A stretch of DNA of 20,000 bases, taken from the IMG/VR virus record IMGVR_UViG_3300031857_009768. One strand, written 5' to 3'. A program made the position numbers and the translations under genes. This document shows positions 16,033-20,000 of the stretch, piece by piece; the first letter of the stretch is position 1, and each line of letters opens with the position of its first letter. The notes beneath the pieces are model-generated. The model did no database searches, was not told where the DNA came from, and saw only the letters and a program-made list of their open reading frames with translations. This DNA is from an uncultured virus (IMG/VR IMGVR_UViG_3300031857_009768). Lineage: Duplodnaviria > Heunggongvirae > Uroviricota > Caudoviricetes.

Positions 16033-19000
16033 TTATGCCTGTGCTTCTGTCCACGACAATCTAGAGAAGATAGATGCTGCCCCCGTACCAACGTTTCGGG
16101 CACAAATTGTAATGATATCAGGTCCATCGGGAAAGAAACCACGATTTGGATCAAGTGTTCCTCCACCCAAAATACTATTACCCAAGTCACGAACTAAGTT
16201 AAGTTCGACTGAAGTTGTTGTCAAGTTCGTTGTACCACCAGATGAGTTAGTGAAGAAGCCGTAGATAACTTCACCACCATCAATTCTTGTGTCTGCGCTA
16301 TGATTAATATATTGAACCAAACTTGAACCACCGACTGAAGCCCACTGTGGTGTAGCATTTGCAGTTGATGCATTCAAAAGAATTTCCATCAAGAACTGAC
16401 CACCAGAGAGGAGGTCTAATTGACGTAGAATCATTTGCATACGATTAACTACTTCACGATCACCAAGTCTTGAACCAGGAACACCATTACTAACCGATGG
16501 TGAAATACGGAAACTTTGTATTGCCATACGCTGACCAGGAGGTATGCTTCTTGCAACTGGCATACCTTGAGTAAACACGAAAGACTTATCATCATCGTAA
16601 CGACCATCCATAATTACAGAAGTACCCCAATGACTCAATCTAGGTGAATAACCTGGCGCATGAAGTTCAACAGAAGTTGGCGAAGTTGATGAGAACGTAA
16701 ACGTTTGTGCTGTATTACCCATTGGAATAAATGTCACAAGACCTGTGCCACCAATTTGTGGTGCTTGTGAAAGTTGAATCGATACACCAGGAGTAACTGA
16801 AGTAATAATTGCTGTACCAGGAATGTTAGCATTACTTACATACATGCCAGGTTGAATGCCAGTCGTTGCTTGACCTGCTACCAAATTCAATACTGTGCTT
16901 GTCGTAGACATCACACAGTTGATGGTGGCACCAGTTTGGCCACGTGTAAGATTATTAAATGTCCAACCCGATGGTGAATTATTTGAAATGCCATTATAGT
17001 TAATGAATTCGCTCAGACCACCAGGTCCACCGTATACCCACAATGTACCTGCTGTTGGGAAAACTGAAGCATTTGCTACGTTCATTGTATTGTCACCGGA
17101 GTTCATCGTTGCTTGAAGTCTGGTTCTACGTGAGAACGTATTTGTTTCATAACGTGCGGGCAAGTTACCTGAACGCATATATGCTTCATAGTTGACGTTA
17201 TTATTAACTACTTTATGGCAGTAGATAATGTTACCATCTGTAGCACGGAATCCCCAACGAACAAAACCAGCACCATACCATGAATAATCTAGATACAACA
17301 TTTGCATTCTGCTTAAATCAATATTATATCCTGATGGTCCTGTTCCATTACAGCGATCTATATTCCACTCTGATTGCGTATATTTAAAATCAATAGTTTT
17401 GTTTGCAACTGCTTGGAAAAGTGGAGTTTCACCACGATACGCAGGAGAAACATGTAATCTTGTGTCAGATTGAATTTCAATGACACGATATGACATACCT
17501 TTGATAACGATATAGTCACCAACTTCAAGTTCAGAAGAGAACTTGGTTGTTACACCGTTGACATTCACACCATCAATCTGTGTATTTGAAGTGTTTGCAC
17601 TGATGTAACCAGAAATTTGACGAGTTGATGAACGTCTAACAGCCGATAATGTTGTACCGTCATATTCAAAAAACAATCCGTTTTGATCATCAAACATACC
17701 AACACGGTTAATAGCACCAAACCAACTATTGACGGTTATACGATATAAGCCTGTCGCTGTAGAAGATGATGGTGTGCTATTTGCAACATAACGGAATGTA
17801 TACGGATCCAGTGTTTCAAAAACATTAAATGTTCCGTTGTATGCCACCTCATTACAATTGGTGACATTAATTGATACGTTTGCATCTAAGAAGTGAGGCT
17901 CTTTTGTTTTGACTGTTACAACCACACCTGAACTGATAATACTATCAACACGCATCGCCGGCTTCATCAACGTACCAGTTGACATCTGAATACCTTTACC
18001 AGACTGGTAACGGAAATAACGGCGTGTCTGACGAATCAATTGATTATTATGACCTTCTGCTGCTGTACCAAATTCAACACCACCATCATATGCACGATGT
18101 ACGATTGTTGAACGACCGGCAGAGAACAAGTTTGCCAGTGAAGAAGTGATACCACCAGAACTTACTGGTGCTACGTTAGCATCAATACGGAAAGTAGTAT
18201 TAGAGTAGACGCCAGTAATTGTGTAAGTACCGTTTGGTGTACCAGATGTTGCAGCAAATGCACCCTGAATAATAACTTCATTGCCTAATGACAAACCATG
18301 TGGCTGAGTTGTTGTAATTTGACCGTTTGCAAATGTGCTGATGAAGTTAATGTTTGCAATACCAATATTAGCACGTGAGTACACTGAACCGTTTGCAACA
18401 GCACTTACACCAGGAATGTTAATATTAACGTTTGCTATGCCTGCTGCTGTGTTAATGTAACGTTGTTTTGTTGTGTAACGAATTGCATGGCCTGGTGTTA
18501 CTGAATCGACCATGAATGTTCCATCAGCAGGTCCCCATGCCGTATCTGTTACAAAAACTGGAGTGTTTACAGCAACAGTGTTTGCGGTGTAAACTGTAAC
18601 CACGCTGGAATTGGAGTTGACTGCAATGGCTGTTACAGTTAGTGGTCCACCAGTAGAAAAAATGGTGTTTGCACTTGTGTTTTGGTATGCATATGGTCGA
18701 TTATTGACAAGAGATAAAGATTCCCATTTCGTTGATTGAGTGGAATATTCAAAGTCAGTATCAATCAATGCTTGTGGTTGACTTGTTCTGAATTTATTTA
18801 CTGGGTCAGTATACAGTTCTGACGGAGTAAACTTCTCTTCATACTCATCAATGACAACTTGCAGATCGTCGGTCGCCGACATTGCAGTTGTATTGTACTG
18901 AAGAACGATACTTGTCGTTGCTGCTCCAGTAGTGTTGTTTGTCGATGTTGAATATGAGGTAATTTTCAGATTTGGATCTGAAAAATTGTAGATTACCTGA

Positions 19001-19119
19001 TTCGTGTTCAGATTCGTAATGAGAACGAATCTCTCTCTTTGAATGATTTGATTAAATACAATCGTTCTGCTTGACGGTGTGAACGAGAAGTATGTATCAG
19101 ATAATACTTTTCTAGCCAT
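16033..19119 (-). CDS. Large virion structural protein (T4-like baseplate/fibre-associated, modular)
   Basis: 1028 aa, Thr/Ser/Asn/Gly rich. Core motifs RQTRRYFRYQSGKG, RVGMFDDQNGLFFEYDG and WNID...G.GPSGY..D...MQM..LDYSWYGAG..RWG resemble structural proteins of marine/freshwater T4-like phages. SD GGAG upstream. Confidence 0.8.
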   Translation of the reverse strand: MARKVLSDTYFSFTPSSRTIVFNQIIQRERFVLITNLNTNQVIYNFSDPNLKITSYSTSTNNTTGAATTSIVLQYNTTAMSATDDLQVVIDEYEEKFTPSELYTDPVNKFRTSQPQALIDTDFEYSTQSTKWESLSLVNNRPYAYQNTSANTIFSTGGPLTVTAIAVNSNSSVVTVYTANTVAVNTPVFVTDTAWGPADGTFMVDSVTPGHAIRYTTKQRYINTAAGIANVNINIPGVSAVANGSVYSRANIGIANINFISTFANGQITTTQPHGLSLGNEVIIQGAFAATSGTPNGTYTITGVYSNTTFRIDANVAPVSSGGITSSLANLFSAGRSTIVHRAYDGGVEFGTAAEGHNNQLIRQTRRYFRYQSGKGIQMSTGTLMKPAMRVDSIISSGVVVTVKTKEPHFLDANVSINVTNCNEVAYNGTFNVFETLDPYTFRYVANSTPSSSTATGLYRITVNSWFGAINRVGMFDDQNGLFFEYDGTTLSAVRRSSTRQISGYISANTSNTQIDGVNVNGVTTKFSSELEVGDYIVIKGMSYRVIEIQSDTRLHVSPAYRGETPLFQAVANKTIDFKYTQSEWNIDRCNGTGPSGYNIDLSRMQMLYLDYSWYGAGFVRWGFRATDGNIIYCHKVVNNNVNYEAYMRSGNLPARYETNTFSRRTRLQATMNSGDNTMNVANASVFPTAGTLWVYGGPGGLSEFINYNGISNNSPSGWTFNNLTRGQTGATINCVMSTTSTVLNLVAGQATTGIQPGMYVSNANIPGTAIITSVTPGVSIQLSQAPQIGGTGLVTFIPMGNTAQTFTFSSTSPTSVELHAPGYSPRLSHWGTSVIMDGRYDDDKSFVFTQGMPVARSIPPGQRMAIQSFRISPSVSNGVPGSRLGDREVVNRMQMILRQLDLLSGGQFLMEILLNASTANATPQWASVGGSSLVQYINHSADTRIDGGEVIYGFFTNSSGGTTNLTTTSVELNLVRDLGNSILGGGTLDPNRGFFPDGPDIITICARNVGTGAASIFSRLSWTEAQA

Positions 19120-19166
19120 TTCGACTCCAAATAATTGGGTAATTGATTATTTTTTAAAATCTCTAC

Positions 19167-19174
19167 TATTTAGT
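19167..19174 (-). promoter_or_regulatory. Putative late promoter variant ACTAAATA
   Basis: In the 58-bp spacer upstream of the 1028-aa gene. Same octamer, and same placement just after a stop codon, as upstream of gp18. Confidence 0.6.
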
Positions 19175-19177
19175 CTT

Positions 19178-19660
19178 TTATTCGCCAATCATAATATCGA
19201 TTGGTCGGTAAGGATAAGTTCTCTGAACGGTATTTGCGATGCCAGGAACGACTCTTATTTGAATTGTTGACCCGTTCGGTACGGGTTCGGAGAAACGAAT
19301 TGTACCATCACTGTCTAACATATAACCACCATCGGGGGCATATATGTTAGTTATCCAAGTGTTTGAACCATAGGTGTTCGCATAAGGTTTCTGTATTGTA
19401 CCATTTACAATTATCATCAAACTTGACGGATCTCTGACAGATACATTTGTTGTGTTATATCTTAATGGAAAATTTAATGTATTTCCATCTGCCAGATATG
19501 ATATATCATCTAAGTCGTAATTAGGTAAAGTATCCGCTGAGATATTTTCTACAGTGATGGCAGCATTGGCAATTTTGGTGTTTGTAACGGCATAATCTGC
19601 TATCTTGACAGTTGTTACTGCACTGTTTGCTATTCTAGCGGAACCTATTGTTTGTAACAT
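19178..19660 (-). CDS. Putative virion structural protein (short decapeptide repeat plus LDDIS...NG.IQ.P...F.EP module)
   Basis: 160 aa; N-terminal IANSAVTTVK/IADYAVTNTK/IANAAITVEN repeats, then a beta module typical of T4-like baseplate/fibre proteins. SD GGAGGA lies in the end of the upstream gene. Confidence 0.75.
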   Translation of the reverse strand: MLQTIGSARIANSAVTTVKIADYAVTNTKIANAAITVENISADTLPNYDLDDISYLADGNTLNFPLRYNTTNVSVRDPSSLMIIVNGTIQKPYANTYGSNTWITNIYAPDGGYMLDSDGTIRFSEPVPNGSTIQIRVVPGIANTVQRTYPYRPIDIMIGE

Positions 19661-19663
19661 TTG

Positions 19664-20000
19664 TTATCCTCCAAATACAAGAGCCATAGCAATTGCCTTC
19701 CCAGTAGATGCGGCAGTATTTGCTTGAATAAATGCTGCGTTTGCTTGTATGAAAGCGGCATTAGCTGTAATAAACGAAGCGTTGACTGTATTTGAAACTG
19801 TATTCAATGTAGCATTAGCACTTGCCTGAACATTTGCAATTGCAATATTTGCTGTATTAGAAATGTTATTCGCTACATTACTTGAATTGTATATCAGATT
19901 GTATAACTGAGTGTCAAGTTTGGCTAAACTAATCGAACCATCTGGTGTGATGAAAGCATTTGCTGTCGTGTACATTGTAATGACACGAACTAATTCACCA
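19664..20000 (-). CDS. 3' end of a fibre-like structural protein, truncated by the window edge
   Basis: The frame stays open upstream of the ATG at 19975 to the window end (GELVRVITM...). ANAAFIQ heptad repeats; C-terminal GKAIAMALVFGG. Confidence 0.75.
   Translation of the reverse strand, partial: GELVRVITMYTTANAFITPDGSISLAKLDTQLYNLIYNSSNVANNISNTANIAIANVQASANATLNTVSNTVNASFITANAAFIQANAAFIQANTAASTGKAIAMALVFGG

Noticed and set aside
135..16264. Numerous short plus-strand or alternative-frame ORFs overlapping the structural genes (e.g. 2900-3289, 7851-8156)
   Set aside because: Almost entirely nested in well-supported conserved genes; expected by-products of codon bias in a single-strand operon.
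19120..19145. Small hairpin CCAA-TTAT-TTGG overlapping the SD of the 1028-aa gene (similar weak stems at 44-56 and 8856-8871)
   Set aside because: Only 4-5 bp stems, too weak to claim regulatory structure without folding calculations or conservation data.
1..20000. Alternative genetic code / stop-codon reassignment
   Set aside because: All conserved genes are full length under the standard code, coding density is very high, and TAA, TGA and TAG are all used as stops at sensible positions.

Overview
This window is a contiguous, entirely minus-strand late (virion morphogenesis) operon of a T4-like myophage (Tevenvirinae/Kyanoviridae-like architecture; the host cannot be determined from this window). 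Read right to left, it begins with a cluster of six accessory fibre/virion-structural genes (one truncated at the window edge). Next come gp13, gp14, gp15, gp16, a complete Dps-type mini-ferritin, gp17, gp18, gp19 and gp20. The head block follows: a gp67-like gene, a 219-aa unknown, a gp68-like gene, a 120-aa unknown, gp21, gp22 and gp23, closed by a C(UUCG)G intrinsic terminator. Several T4-type late promoter motifs (TATAAATA and variants) are visible. The most unusual points are: (i) a Dps gene with an intact ferroxidase signature splitting the two terminase subunit genes, with a possible leaderless late promoter and a 3-nt spacer to gp17; (ii) extra beta-rich modules inserted into gp13/gp14/gp15, one shared with the 1028-aa structural protein; (iii) a modular, recently duplicated decapeptide-repeat/paralogous-domain gene cluster at the position where T4 has wac; (iv) an expanded prohead-core locus. 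All family assignments come from motif recognition and synteny, not from database searches.
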